The notes under the pieces: model-generated | Seen by the model: the letters and a program-made list of their open reading frames with translations, nothing else | The model's database searches: none | Told to the model about the DNA's origin: nothing | Assembly (NCBI GenBank): GCA_002269645.1 | Contig: NIVC01000035.1 | Coordinates: 905,242 to 969,241, forward strand | Source: Macrostomum lignano | Taxonomy: Eukaryota | Direction: 5' to 3' | Length of the DNA stretch: 64,000 nt | Shown here: in pieces, positions 11,113-23,170 of the stretch | Layout of the letters: every line of letters starts with the position of its first letter | Position numbering within the stretch: the first letter of the stretch is position 1 | Made by a program: the position numbers and the translations under genes

Positions 11113-11170
11113 GCAGCAGCAGCAGCAGCAGCAGCAGAAGCAGCCGCGGCGCGATGTTTGCGGATGCCAT
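11113..11170 (-). pseudogene. Probable 5' end (start codon and signal peptide) of lectin copy 2
   Basis: ATG at 11170 gives MASANIAPRLLLLLLLLL up to the LINE tail; joins logically to LLLLLLSSPGVSSGQVF on the other side of the element. Confidence 0.7.
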
Positions 11171-11791
11171 TCACTGCAGTTTCTTCGATTCAGTTTCCAA
11201 GCTCTCAATTTCACAGGTTCTTCAAGCACAGAATGCTGAAAAATTACAGAGGGCTCTGCAAGCGCAAGAGTCCCGGCTGGCTTGCTGTTTGCCAGACGCG
11301 ACTAAATAAAGTCAATTTGAGAACCTCGTGCTCCTCCAGAATCAACAAGACGACAGAGCTGTATTGCCAGAATAAATATTGAGTTTTGAATGAACGATCT
11401 TGCACCTGTTTGTCTGTTGGTGTCAGATTGAATAACTACTGACAGGGCTGTCTGAGTCTGCAGCACCTGCCTTGCGTCCCAAGCCATGCAACTTCAAGTC
11501 TCTTTAAGTGCTCGCTTGTTTGACTTTTAAGTGGGTGAGAAACTTTCATTGACTCTGCTGGGTTGCGGGTTGAGTATAAAGTATAAGTACAAGTCATCTC
11601 GAGAGCTCAATGAGAAATGTCTGCTACAAAATCGCGGACGCGAAGAGAGAGTTAGATAAGAGCTTCAGCATCTCTTGAGAAATTGAATTGATGGTGCTGA
11701 GAACGTTTGTGCTAATCAGCGGACGCACTGGCACACTGCTGATAGAGTTTGATATAATTTGAAGTGTCATGAGTCTCATTTGGTCTCTGAC

Positions 11792-12078
11792 GACTCAGCT
11801 CCAGTATCTCACTGGTAGCTCACATGCACATGGATTATTTTACAGGACTACTCAGCTCCAGTATCTCACTGGTAGCTTACATGCACATGGATTATTTTAC
11901 AGGGCTACTCAGCTCCAGTATCTCACTGGTAGCTTACATGCACATGGATTATTTTACAGGGCTACTCAGCTCCAGTATCTCACTGGTAGCTTACATGCAC
12001 ATGGATTATTTTACAGGGCTACTCAGCTCCAGTATCTCACTGGTAGCTCACATGCACATGGATTATTTTACAGGACTA
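11792..12078. repeat. 57-bp minisatellite, about 5 copies
   Basis: Unit ACTCAGCTCCAGTATCTCACTGGTAGCTTACATGCACATGGATTATTTTACAGGGCT. Confidence 0.9.
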
Positions 12079-15034
12079 CTACTTCAGTCCAAATGAGAGT
12101 TCGGCTGCAGTTGGGTGTTAATGTTCATGGGCCAAAAAGCAGACTTTACTGCTGAGTTTCTGGACTTCATATGATGTCAGACGGAGAGAAAATCTCTCTT
12201 ACTCTCTTGAAGAGAGAGAGAGAGAATTAAGTCGAGTGTCTAAACGCACGAACTCCCACTTCCAGACGTCAAGCCTAGTAACAAAATTCAGTGATCACTT
12301 ACTGGTGCGGGCTCCTCTTCTTTGTCGGGCAGGTTCTCCGAGCTCGTTTCTTCAATTCTTCTTCATCCGGAACAGTCTTCTTGAGTTCTAAAATCGGCCG
12401 AATATGAGAGCTTAACAGTTTAATCCGTCGACGTCGAAGTAGTCCTCAAGTGCAGAAATCAAAGATGCGCCCAAATAATTGAGGTCCTCCAGAAAGGCCG
12501 TCTTCTTCTAGAAATAACGGAATCGGAGTCGTGTGCCCCTATCGGTTACTCTAGGGTACCAAAATCAATTAATCGATAATCCTCTAAGGGTATCGGAATC
12601 AGTCCGCAGATCCTATCCAATCCCTTAGGAATAGGGAGGCCTCAAATTCAATAACCCAGTAAATTAAGCCTCTTGCAAAGCCCAAGATCTCTTGAGGCTT
12701 ATCCGAGTCTGAGATATCAGCTAGGATTTTCGCTTGTATTTGTACACAATTTGTCGGCCTTGTTCACGATGAGTTGCGCGCTCAACCTCATCCGTCTGCT
12801 GCTGGCCTCCGTTCTCATCTACTGCGACGGCTCAGCGTCAGCTACTGGTCGCTCCACTAACGGTGAGCCCTCCGCACCGGTATTGGGGCAGCGCATCACT
12901 GTCGCCGGTGTTACACTTTAAACTATCCGGGTTTTTTTGTCTGGCCCGGATATCCGAACGCACTTACAATATCCGCCCGGATACTGCCAAGCAAAAAACC
13001 TGCTTTTTTTCTCCTTCCCGGATTTCTTGAGCTGCTTTGCATTGTCTGGGCACTTTGAGATGTCTCTTCCGGACATCGTACGGCACTGACTCTGCTATCC
13101 GGCCCGGAGATCACAAGAAGGGGAAGTTGTCTTGGGACATCCGACTGTAGGTTGAAAGAGAGTGGTCAGTCTGCGGAGACAAAGGTTTGCTTTAGGACAT
13201 CCGGCTACTGATATCCGGGGCTAGAAATAGCTAAATTTCTAGATCAATTTTCGCAAAGTACGCTAGTAGAAAATCACTTTTTGCTACTTTTCAATCGGAA
13301 ACATCTACGTCATGCTTATTTAACTGCATGTGTATATTTCAATAACAGTTTCGCATTTCACACGCTCCAAAAGAATTAAAGTTAAAGCTACTACTGTCAA
13401 CCGAAAAGTTACTCCCCTCCCCAATCTGATTCGATAAATCAAAAACTGGCGATCCGCCGAATGAAGCGTGAATTTTTTTCCAAAACGTAGGACTTGGACA
13501 AGAAATATATTCCAACTATCTGAAAAGAATGGGTGTATTATAATTTGCGCAACACATTCTTTTGCGGGCTATTAGCTCGTACACTGATATTCATGGCATG
13601 TACGCTTGTGCGGGTGCTTTTAACGGCAGTCTATTATCGATTTATTCTTAGACTGTATGATTGCATCTTATCCGCCCCTCCCAAGCACTCTGAGTCAGTC
13701 CCATTCTCGCTTAATGGTGTCCTTCTGCCCCACGCATTCGCATGCGCCTGCCGCCTCTGGCCCACTCGATCCCTCTTCCGTCTTGCCAGGTCCCTCTGCT
13801 CTGGATCCCCGGGCACGCGGGCATCAAAGTCAACGATTTTTCGACCTACGCGCGGACGCCGCTGCCTCTCCCGTCTTCTGGGCTCCTTTTTAGCTCCGCC
13901 TGAGGCAAACATCGTCTCAGAAAGTTTTATTTTATGACTATAGTCTTTAGTAGCTCTCTGCTCAAGCTAATCGTGGAGCCTTCAATTGCAACCTGTAGTA
14001 GTTTTACTAAAGCTTTTGTGGTGTCGCAAGTACATCGATTTTAGTACGAGAAGTAGCATTTTCCTAACGTGTGCATAATATTTTTCTGCTAATACTAAAA
14101 GTAGTCCAATGTGCTGCTAACAAACTGCTAACGAACGACATACTTATGTCTTTCAGGTATGGGATAATATAATGAAGCACTGTTCAATTATTTATTGTCT
14201 TCATAGCCAACTGTGGAGCTATTGATGCCGATTCCCATGCCCTCCGAAATTGAAGACAGGCTTAAATAACTGGAAGCGGTACAGCAATTTAACATCAATC
14301 ATAGTTGGAGCTAATTAGCAGGCTGCAATTAAAAATGTTCGTAAAAATGTCAGATCTACGACAAGCAGGAACTTGCCGCTTCTACGGGCAGGTAGGTTTT
14401 AGGTAATGATCAACACACAGCAAATGTGGGACCTTGAGCCCCGCAGTCAGTCAAAAAATTAACGGTGCGCTGCCTCCCTAAACTGGGACACACACTGCTT
14501 CCTCTGCCGTCCTTTGACGTCCCACTGGTGCGCCTGTTGGGTCGCCTCATCATAACTCCGAAAACCAAAATAGTGTTGGATATTGCTAACACTTTCGGAG
14601 TTATGATATTTCGGGTTTATGATGCCACCCCGCCTGCCGACTAAGCTAAGACCAAAGCAACCGAATATAGCAATGAATAAATTATCAATAGTAAGCACTT
14701 TTTCTCGAAAAGTGCCATTTCATAGGAATGATAATAAATAGGTCTTTTACTTTGTTTAAAAGGAGCCATTACAGCTTTTCTCTTTCGACTAGCGTTCCGT
14801 TTCAATGATACTTCAAGTACTGCATACGAGCGTTTTTCGTAAGATAGTTACAGATCTCTAAAACTTCCAAACTGCAAAATTGAACAAAACCCAAAAATGT
14901 TGGAAAAATAAGCACGGGAATATTGATGAGAAGAGCTCCGGCGGAACAATCGTACAGACTCATGTGACTACACGCCGGATGCCTACGAAAGTTTAGCCTG
15001 AATTCAAAGCAAACACCTTGAGTTCATTTTTTCG

Positions 15035-15769
15035 TCATTCGAAGGGCGACACGCACTCGCACAGCCCGTTCCTTGACTCTTGTTGGTAGGCGTCACCAAG
15101 AACAAAGCGAGCAAAGACTGCGCCCTCGCTGCCTCCTCTGTTGTCGGGCTCTGCGCTGGCCCACAGGCTGGCGTCGAAGCTGATGTTGCAGGCCACCCAG
15201 CGCCAGCCTCCGTCGGGCTCCGCACTGCCCGGAGTCTGGAAGCCGCCGACCCACATGGCGACGCCGCCAGCCTTCGTGCTGTAAACTTGTCCGATGGCAG
15301 CCAGCTCGGCGCTGTCGATCACGTCCGCCATGATCACCAGACCGCTCTCCGACTCGCACCTCTGTCTCTGCACTGTCCAGGTGTTGGTCGTATTGAAGAG
15401 CTTGTACTTCACTCCGCAGTGGTCGTCTCCGAAGTCGGACGGACCCAGCGCACCCGGCTCGAGTCCCGGCTGCTGCTTCACGAACACCCGGCCTCTCCTG
15501 GAGCAGCCGCAGTCCCTCACCGACTTGCTGCACTTGTCGAACACGAACAGCTGGCACGGACCGTCAGCCAGGCTGAACGCCTGACAGCGCGGCTCCATGC
15601 TGCAGAGGTTTGAGCACTCGATGTCCGACCTGGCTCGAGGCTCGTTTCTGGTAAACTCGGGCCGGATGCAGAGCGAGCCGTTGATGACGTGGAACACCTG
15701 GCCTGGGGACACACCGGGTGAGCTCATCAGCATCAGCAGCAGCAGCGACACAACTTTTATTGATGTCAT
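15035..15769 (-). CDS. Secreted PAN/apple-like + C-type lectin protein, copy 3 (244 aa from MTSIK)
   Basis: Same architecture as copy 1; ATG at 15769; shares about 350 bp of upstream sequence with copy 1. Confidence 0.85.
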   Translation of the reverse strand: MTSIKVVSLLLLMLMSSPGVSPGQVFHVINGSLCIRPEFTRNEPRARSDIECSNLCSMEPRCQAFSLADGPCQLFVFDKCSKSVRDCGCSRRGRVFVKQQPGLEPGALGPSDFGDDHCGVKYKLFNTTNTWTVQRQRCESESGLVIMADVIDSAELAAIGQVYSTKAGGVAMWVGGFQTPGSAEPDGGWRWVACNISFDASLWASAEPDNRGGSEGAVFARFVLGDAYQQESRNGLCECVSPFE

Positions 15770-16129
15770 GCTCGACGCTCTCAAGTTTCTAAGGGACCTG
15801 GAGTTTCTTAGATGCTGTTTTGGGAGCTTATTTTGAAAAAAAGGCAAAAATGTTTTGCAGAAGAGACGCACTTTATGGCCGCCCTGATGTTTGAATCCTC
15901 ATTGAGCAGCTCTGCTCTGACCAATCCAAGGGATCTGTTTTAATCTTTGGACTTGAGAATTTCGCCAATTGGCCAAACGGATGAGCTGCAGGAGTTGCAG
16001 TCGCTTGCAGACCAAATGTGCAGTTTTGAATGTCTGCTCCAGTCTGGCGAGTAGGTGACTGAGCTTCTCCAATGCCAGCAATGGTCATTGGGTCCATGAA
16101 AATTGACTGCCCTAGCTTTCAGGACGGGC

Positions 16130-16710
16130 ACAACTAACTCGGCTCAAACCCGGACCTCTCCGACACTTTCACGCCCAAGAATCTCTGCCAGCTCGTCTGC
16201 TACCTAAGGGCTACCGGGAGAGCGACAATCCGTGCACTTCCTGGACTCTCCAGAGGGGGGCCGCGTTGCGGACACTGGCACCACCGGATCTCCCTGCTTG
16301 ACACCGCAGCACCAGCTGCCCGTGGTCGGAATGGGCGGCGACGCCTCCCCGCTGCATCCGGATGCCCGGAACCCCCTGCAAGTAAGAACCGCCGACAGTG
16401 TGCGAGAGTGGTCTTCTGCCTGTCTGCTCCGCGACATTTCTGGCCCCTCATCTGGCCGGCATAATGAATTCAATTGTCATCGGTCTTGAGCGACCACAAG
16501 ACCACAGTTCCAGCTGACCACAAGGTTATCGCTGGAAGCCACTTTGACCAGCCTGCCGATCTGATGTTGGGCGCCTTCAAGGAGGGCGATGTCGTCGTTG
16601 TCAGCTGAGGGAGTGCGTTCACGTCTGTCTACATGAATCACCAGAGCGTCCCAATGTCCGAAGAATCGTTTATATTGATGGCCAGGACGCCCTAACGCCT
16701 GGTTCATACA
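16130..16710 (-). mobile_element. Degenerate non-LTR reverse transcriptase fragment
   Basis: GVKQGDP (16285-16305) resembles the non-LTR RT motif GVKQGDPLSP, with an ADEL (FADD-like) motif further on in a shifted frame; broken by stops and frameshifts. Confidence 0.4.
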
Positions 16711-17537
16711 TATTGTAGCTTCTTTACTTTAAGCACTGGGACTGGGAAACCCAATCCGAATTAATACAATATCAAGACAATACCTAACTCTCTACTGTGA
16801 GTAGAGAATTACGAAAAAAAAACAATTCTTCGTTACGGAGAGCATCGATTATCAGCTTGGAATTCTATCAGTTCTATTGTATATAGCTTACTAATATCGA
16901 AATATTATAAATTGGTAACAAAGTCAGCGATGTAGAAGACCAATTTAGGGTTCTGCAGGCAACTACTTTTATGATACAAAACCATTTTCCATGTTCATCT
17001 ATCCAACTTATAGAGAGTTGAGCGCACGATTGCAAAAAAACTGGCTTATCGATTTGAGTTTACACAAACGATATTTCAATATTTATACAGAAGAGTCGAG
17101 GAAACAATGAGGAAGTCCTTATTGGTTGCATTGCTACATCGGAGGCTTGGCCAAACTGTGTTTTTCCTCCTTTTATACCCAAAGGTGAATTGCATGAAAA
17201 TATGCAGCAAGGGGACAGAGAGAAACGCTTGCGAACGGCCGCTATGCCAGAAATTATTGACAGCGCTATTGGCAGGAAATAGAAACGGAGAGACAGAGGG
17301 AGAGAGGGAGAGTTGGGCAGAGTGGCCAAACAAATGAGCTCAATGCTGAAGGCTGGTGGCACTGAGGACTCAGATTGCCGGCAGTGCAGGACACAGTTCA
17401 GCATGGAGTGGCTTTGGTGGAGGGCAAACAGGGCAAGACTGTATTTTCTAGCGTTTCAACTGTGTGTGAGTGTGTGATATGTGACATGCAGCTGAGGGGC
17501 TGGATGGCGAATATGCGCCTCGTTTGGCACTTCTTTT

Positions 17538-18716
17538 CCGATTGTGACGTCTCTTCCACCAATTTTGGTGTCTTTCCCCGATTGTGGCGTCTCTTTCCCA
17601 GATTGTGGCGTCTCTTTCCCCGATTGTGGCGTCTCTTTCTCCGATTGTGGCGTCTCTTTCCCCGATTGTGGCGTCTCTTTCCCCGATTGTGACGTCTCTT
17701 TCCCCGATTGTGGCGTCTCTTTCCCCGATTGTGGCGTCTCTTTCCCCGATTGTGACGTCTCTTTCCCCGATTGTGGCGTCTCTTTCCCCGATTGTGACGT
17801 CTCTTTCCCCGATTGTGGCGTCTCTTTCCCCGATTGTGGCGTCTCTTTCCCCGATTGTGGCGTCTCTTTCCCCGATTGTGGCGTCTCTTTCCCCGATTGT
17901 GACGTCTCTTTCCCCGATTGTGGCGTCTCTTTCTCCGATTGTGGCGTCTCTTTCCCCGATTGTGACGTCTCTTTTCCCGATTGTTGTGTCTCTTTTCCCG
18001 ATTGTGGCGTCTCTTTCCCCGATTGTGGCGTCTCTTTCTCGATTGTGGCATCTCTTTCCCCGATTGTGGCATCTCTTTCTCGATTGTGGCGTCTCTTTCC
18101 CCGATTGTGACGTCTCTTTCCCCGATTGTGGCGTCTCTTTCCCCGATTGTGGCGTCTCTTTCTCCGATTGTGGCGTCTCTTTCCCCGATTGTGACGTCTC
18201 TTTCCCCGATTGTGGCGTCTCTTTCCCCGATTGTGGCGTCTCTTTCCCAGATTGTGACATCTCTTCCCCGATTGTGACGTCTCTTTCCCCGATTGTGGCG
18301 TCTCTTTCCCCGATTGTGACGTCTCTTTTCCCGATTGTGGCGTCTCTTTCCCCGATTGTGGCGTCTCTTTCTCGATTGTGGCATCTCTTTCTCGATTGTG
18401 GCGTCTCTTTCCCCGATTGTGACGTCTCTTTCTCCGATTGTGGCGTCTCTTTCCCCGATTGTGACGTCTCTTTCTCCGATTGTGGCGTCTCTTTCCCCGA
18501 TTGTGACGTCTCTTTCACCGATTGTGACGTCTCTTTCCCCGATTGTGGCGTCTCTTTCCACGATTGTGACATCTCTTTCCCCGATTGTGACGTCTCTTTC
18601 ACCGATTGTGGCGTGTTTTTCCCCGATTATAACGTCTCTTTCCCCGATTGTGGTGTCTCTTTCCCCAGGTTGTGGCGTCTCTTTCACTGACTGTGTCATT
18701 TTTTACCGATTGTGGC
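17538..18716. repeat. 21-bp minisatellite (CCGATTGTGGCGTCTCTTTCC)n
   Basis: Directly visible array; source of spurious ORFs on both strands. Confidence 0.95.
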
Positions 18717-19341
18717 GCCTCAGTCACTAAACCTCTGCGCTTAGTTAACAGCACCGGCCTTAATTTCTCTGTTTCAAGTACCCATTCACATGTATATTCT
18801 TTCAGCTTTTCTGTAGCAAATAATAATTATAACTAACCGTACAGATGAGTTAAAAGAGATAATGCTACTTTTAAAGTATTTATTTTGCTACAGGGGATAC
18901 AACTTTAACCAGTCCGTGGAATTGCAAGAATACACAGCAACTTGCAGCCGCACATGCATATCGCTCAAACGCCGATACAGACTCAGGATTATAGAGGTTT
19001 TAATGAGCTTTTACCGCACCAATGAGCAGAAGGAGACAGAATCAGTGAGAGGGCCAGTGGGGAAGGGGAGCTGAGCTGCAGGGAAGAGAGATGACAGCCC
19101 AGAGCCAGGCGCAGACAGGCAGACACAGCGGCATCACAGCCTAGCCAAGCCCTCAGCTCTCCGCAGCCCAGCGCGATTGGCCAAATCAGAGGTGAAGCTC
19201 TTTCTCCTCTAAAATGCGATAGCGAGACAAGAGAGAGAGACAGACAGACAGACAGAGCAGCTCTCAGCTCCTTCCCCTAAAAATTGCCCCGCAGGGTTGC
19301 CCAACTCACAGTTATCAGACAGTCCAGACAGCCGCCAAGCC

Positions 19342-20517
19342 ATGAACAACCAGAAGCGATCGAATTTCCACTCAACACAGACAACGCCGACGCCGACCTG
19401 TCGATCTCGACGTCTGGACGGCCGATCCGGCCGATTCGCCAGCGCGCTGCTGCTGCTGGCGGCTCTGGTGCTGGCTATCGACGTCATCAAGCTGGTCACC
19501 TTCGCCTGGTGGTCTGCGGGCAGCTACCTGCGGTACAGCATCGGCTCCACGGGCTCATCCGCGAAGACGGACAGGGTGACTTGGCCGGACTGCACCGAGC
19601 ATGAGTCACAGTCAGCACCGGCGGGTTCAGCAGCTACAACAGCCGCGCCATCCTCGCCGCTGGCGCTGCCGCAGGTTGCGTCCGAATCAGCCGGCAACTG
19701 GAAGCAGACAGTCGGAGCTTTCGTCTGGTTGCTAGGCGATTTCCTGGAGTACACGGGCGGGCAGCGGGAGCCGCCCAGGCTGCTGATTCGCCTGTTGGCG
19801 CACGCCAGCTCAGCGGCCTGCCTGCTGATGCTGCTGACGGCCGCCCTGCCGGTTCGTCTGCGACTTCAACGAAGGCGTCAACGGTTGATACGGCAGCGAG
19901 CCGGCCAGCAGTTGCAGCTGCTCACTTGCCAGATTGACGGAGAGTTTCGAGCTGATGCCGACGCGATCGGCGGCGACAGAGCCTCGGTGTGCGGCCTGGT
20001 CGCCTCCCTGACGATCTCGGCGTTGGCAGCCTCGGTCGGCCTGCTGGCGATCTCGGGCAGCATCGTGAAGGTGCACCTGCTGGCCCTGTGCGAGATGTCC
20101 CCGACGGTCAGGCGGCAGTTCGCCAACCTGCTGCCGGCGGCCTGCACCGGACTGCGACGGGCCGCCTTCTTTGCCGAGTGCTTCTGCCTGCTGCTGCTGA
20201 CCACAGCGGCCTGCATGTGCCTCTGCCTGGGTGCCCTGTACTGCAGAGCGCTGCGGAATGCTGGAGGCCAGCAGAGTCAGCAGCCGCGGCAGCAGCAGAG
20301 CCAACAACAACAGCAGCAGGCGTTTCTGTCGGCAACAACGAATGACCAGCTGCTGCTGGCAGACGATGGCACCATGGCCGCCAGGCAACGCTGGCTGCAG
20401 CTTCAGGACGGCGGCTGCTCGCACTGCAGCGGCGTCTCCTCGACAGCAACTGGCGCTGCCGTGACAGCAGCCGCGCCTCCGACCGTGCGAGGGCAGGCAG
20501 AGTACCGGCTGAACTAG
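19342..20517 (+). CDS. Intronless multi-pass membrane protein of unknown family with a C-terminal Q-rich tract
   Basis: Long GC-rich non-repetitive ORF (ATG 19342) with 4-5 hydrophobic stretches; no family recognised. Confidence 0.65.
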   Translation: MNNQKRSNFHSTQTTPTPTCRSRRLDGRSGRFASALLLLAALVLAIDVIKLVTFAWWSAGSYLRYSIGSTGSSAKTDRVTWPDCTEHESQSAPAGSAATTAAPSSPLALPQVASESAGNWKQTVGAFVWLLGDFLEYTGGQREPPRLLIRLLAHASSAACLLMLLTAALPVRLRLQRRRQRLIRQRAGQQLQLLTCQIDGEFRADADAIGGDRASVCGLVASLTISALAASVGLLAISGSIVKVHLLALCEMSPTVRRQFANLLPAACTGLRRAAFFAECFCLLLLTTAACMCLCLGALYCRALRNAGGQQSQQPRQQQSQQQQQQAFLSATTNDQLLLADDGTMAARQRWLQLQDGGCSHCSGVSSTATGAAVTAAAPPTVRGQAEYRLN

Positions 20518-20719
20518 AACTGATCTAACTTGATTTTAATTGAGCCGAAATCCCGGGAAAATTCCACCTGAGCCCGTCTTAATACAGATCCCTTCAGCAT
20601 CTCTTTGGAGGGTCAGTCGATGAAGATCGGTAAATATCCCAGGTGCATATCAATCTAGCTTGAGACCCTTAGCGGCTCTTTTTGATCAATAATTGAGGTC
20701 CTTTCTTCCACGGAGTTGT

Positions 20720-21150
20720 CCAACTAATTAGATCCCCAAATATCCCAGTTGAGTATAGTCCAACTAGTTAGAGATCCCCAAATATCCCAGTTGAGTATAG
20801 TCCAACCAATTAGATCCCCAAATATCCCAGTTGAGTATAGTCCAACCAATTATAGAGATCCCCAAATATCCCAGTTGAGTATATTCCAACTAGTTAGAGA
20901 TCCCCAAATATCCCAGTTGAGTATATTCCAACTAGTTAGAGATCCCCAAATATCCCAGTTGAGTATATTCCAACTAGTTAGAGATCCCCAAATATCCCAG
21001 TTGAGTATATTCCAACTAGTTGGAGATCCCCAAATATCCCAGTTGAGTATATTCCAACTAGTTGGAGATCCCCAAATATCCCAGTTGAGTATTGTCCAAC
21101 TAATTAAAGGCCCCAAAATATCCCTAAACACCAAATATCCCAACTGAGTA
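20720..21150. repeat. 42-bp minisatellite
   Basis: Unit AGAGATCCCCAAATATCCCAGTTGAGTATATTCCAACTAGTT. Confidence 0.9.
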
Positions 21151-21825
21151 GTTTGACATTAGATCCCATATGCATTCCTGCAGTGAATTGCGATAATTAG
21201 TGCTAATCTGAACTAGTATATTTAAAAAGCAGTGATTTCATTTCACCCTAATAAAATACCTTGAACGAATCGCCCTTATTTGACAGCATTTTTTCACAGG
21301 TTGTAAATTATATTGTGCAAGCGCTCTGCATGGCAGTTTCATTCTAGATTATACAGTAATGAAATCATGCTGTTATAATGTGTTGCTTCTTAAACTAGAA
21401 TTTTATTAGCAAATTTTTTAACCGAAGTTTTCACTCAAGTCGTGCGATGGACTTGCTCGGAAAAAAAACAGTTTTAATTATCTCCAGCATTACCAGATTC
21501 AACTGTCAATCAAAATCGCGGATTTTCTAGCTGCGCTAACTAATCTAGAGCAGCACTCAGTCCCGGAATAAAAAAATAACTCAGTTCAAGCATTGCATCC
21601 TTTAAACAGACGAAAAGGAAAAAAAACCTGATGCATTAGGCGGAGAAAATCTTCAAAGCTTGCATTGAATTTTCTGTCTGTTCTAAAAAGTATTCAGTCA
21701 GAATTTGCTAGAAGCAGAAATGCTAATGGAGCTCTGCAAAGATGTGAGCCGAATCGCATCTAGGGCTAATGCGGATGCTAGATACTCAGAGGGTGGAGGG
21801 ACGGACAGACACATGCAAACAGATT

Positions 21826-21828
21826 GAC

Positions 21829-21877
<49 letters not shown>

Positions 21878-21988
21878 GACAGACAGACAGACAGACAGAC
21901 ACACAGACAGACAGACAGACAGACAGACAGAGACAGACAGAGACAGACAGACAGACAGAAAGACACACAGACAGACAGACAGACAGAC

Positions 21989-22027
<39 letters not shown>

Positions 22028-22085
22028 CAGACAGACGGACGGGCAGACAGATTGAGACAGACAGACAGACAGACCGACGGACAGA
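21826..22085. repeat. (GACA)n microsatellite
   Basis: Directly visible. Confidence 0.95.
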
Positions 22086-22629
22086 CGCAGTTGGACCCAA
22101 ACCCACAGGCAGCGGTTCAGGCGCAGCGCCCAAATCTCCAACTGGCCCTAGCAACAGTTCGAAGCGGGTGGCACCGTTGCAGCAGACTAATCCCCCAGCC
22201 AAAGAATAGGCGAAGCGACTTACTTCAATCCCATGGATATCTTTTTTTCAATTCCCAGAATTCCTATTTCATATCCTCTTATATCCCCTAAGCAGCCTAA
22301 ACCAATCCAGCCCACATCTCGGGGAAAAAGAACGGGGCGGAGGCCTGGCCGAGTGGAACTGGGAGAAGATCAATCAAATTAACGATCTCCTTCACTGGAT
22401 GGGGAACTCGTATAGGGAGTAAAGCTGGCAGTATACGCTTCAGCGGGCTCAAAGTGCGACAGTGGATTGATGAAAAAACTCCAGTCTTTAAAGTCACTTG
22501 ACCCCGTCTCTACGTCCCCCCCCCACCCGAGGCCTGCACTGCGTCTGTAGTTAATAATAATAATAGTAAGTAGTTTAAAGACTACACTTCAAAGATTCCG
22601 TGCAATCCCTTTTCTCATCGCTGCTCTTC

Positions 22630-23170
22630 AATTCCTTATTTCCCTCTCGCGTCAATTCCTTATCTCCCTCTCGCTTCAGTTCCTTATCTCCCTCTCGCTT
22701 CAGTTTCTTATCTCCCTCTCGCTTCAGTTCCTTATCTCCCTCTCGCTTCAATTCCTTATCTCCCTCTCACTTCAGTTTCTTATCCCCCTCTCGCTTCAGT
22801 TTCTTATCTCCCCCTCGCTTCAGTTTCTTATCTCCCCCTCGCTTCAGTTTCTTATCTCCCTCTCGCTTCAGTTTCTTATCTCCCTCTCGCTTCAGTTCCT
22901 TATCCCCCTCTCGCTTCAGTTTCTTATCTCCCCCTCGCTTCAGTTTCTTATCTCCCCCTCGCTTCAGTTTCTTATCTCCCTCTCGCTTCAGTTTCTTATC
23001 TCCCTCTCGCTTCAGTTCCTTATCCCCCTCTCGCTTCAGTTTCTTATCTCCCCCTCGCTTCAGTTTCTTATCTCCCTCTCGCTTCAGTTCCTTATCTCCC
23101 TCTCGCTTCATTCCTTATCTCCCTCTCGCTTCAATTCCTTATCTCCCTCTCGCTTCAGTTTCTTATCTCT
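22630..23170. repeat. 24-bp pyrimidine-rich minisatellite
   Basis: Unit TTCTTATCTCCCTCTCGCTTCAGT. Confidence 0.9.

Noticed and set aside
12920-13215. Cluster of ATCCGG/CCGGAT motifs suggesting a MITE
   Set aside because: Could not define TIRs or a TSD.
13533-14700. Short ORFs at 13634-13912 and 14410-14698
   Set aside because: No recognisable domain or consistent splice signals.
17398-18730. Several 130-430-aa ORFs on both strands
   Set aside because: All are readings of a 21-bp minisatellite.
20720-21150. CRISPR-like array (repeats with internal AGTTG...CAACT palindrome)
   Set aside because: No unique spacers, no cas genes, eukaryotic context; same reasoning for the 35-, 46- and 57-bp arrays.
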